37,327 nucleotides of DNA from an uncultured bacterium (GTDB lineage: Bacteria > Cyanobacteriota > Cyanobacteriia > CAKZMO01). The notes beneath the pieces are model-generated. The model was not told where the DNA came from. It made no database searches and worked only from the letters and a program-made list of their open reading frames with translations. The position numbers were made by a program, and so were the translations under genes. Numbering within the stretch: the stretch's first letter is position 1; the number at the start of each line of letters is the position of its first letter. The stretch is taken from contig CAYXJG010000004.1 of the NCBI GenBank assembly GCA_964465285.1, positions 1-37,327 on the forward strand, given 5' to 3'. Positions 37,154 to 37,327 of the stretch are shown here, in pieces.

Positions 37154-37327
37154 GACATAACGGCGTGCAACGGCGCTAGGTTGACAAAGGTTATGGGCCA
37201 CCGGATTCGCACAGGCATTGTCAGACAGGCTCTGACAGTACATCAAGGCCACATAACTGACCTGACTGATTTGGAGTGGCGCGCGCCGCGCGCTACTCTA
37301 TAGCGCTGTGCAAGCGCACTAAATACA

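Noticed and set aside
37268-37300. GC-rich palindrome GAGTGGCGCGCG-C-CGCGCGCTACTC
   Set aside because: May be a decayed element or terminator, but no termini are recognisable and it is near the window edge

Overview
Cyanobacterial chromosomal window, judged from dozens of HIP1 GCGATCGC sites and cyanobacteria-type genes. It holds about 27 mostly housekeeping or signalling CDSs: pyrH-frr, hup, a cobA-like/dcd/thyX operon, larB/cpmA, an HtrA protease, a CyaB-type adenylate cyclase, ABC transporter parts, a radical SAM plus DICT/HD pair, a Ser/Thr kinase-WD40 protein and an ETR1-like histidine kinase. It also has an initiator tRNA-Met and a TPP riboswitch upstream of a sodium:solute symporter. 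The most striking feature is non-coding. Most intergenic spaces carry short (about 70-125 bp) MITE-like elements of at least 8 sequence families, about 30 copies in all, 15 of them family F1. The families differ in termini and target duplications but mostly share one design: asymmetric arms around a long central palindrome with a 3-nt loop, often C-GNA-G. The stem co-varies between copies and the loop occurs in both orientations relative to the arms. The elements nest inside each other, form chimeras and in one case supply a gene's C-terminus. No transposase is present in the window. All calls are by eye; no searches were run.
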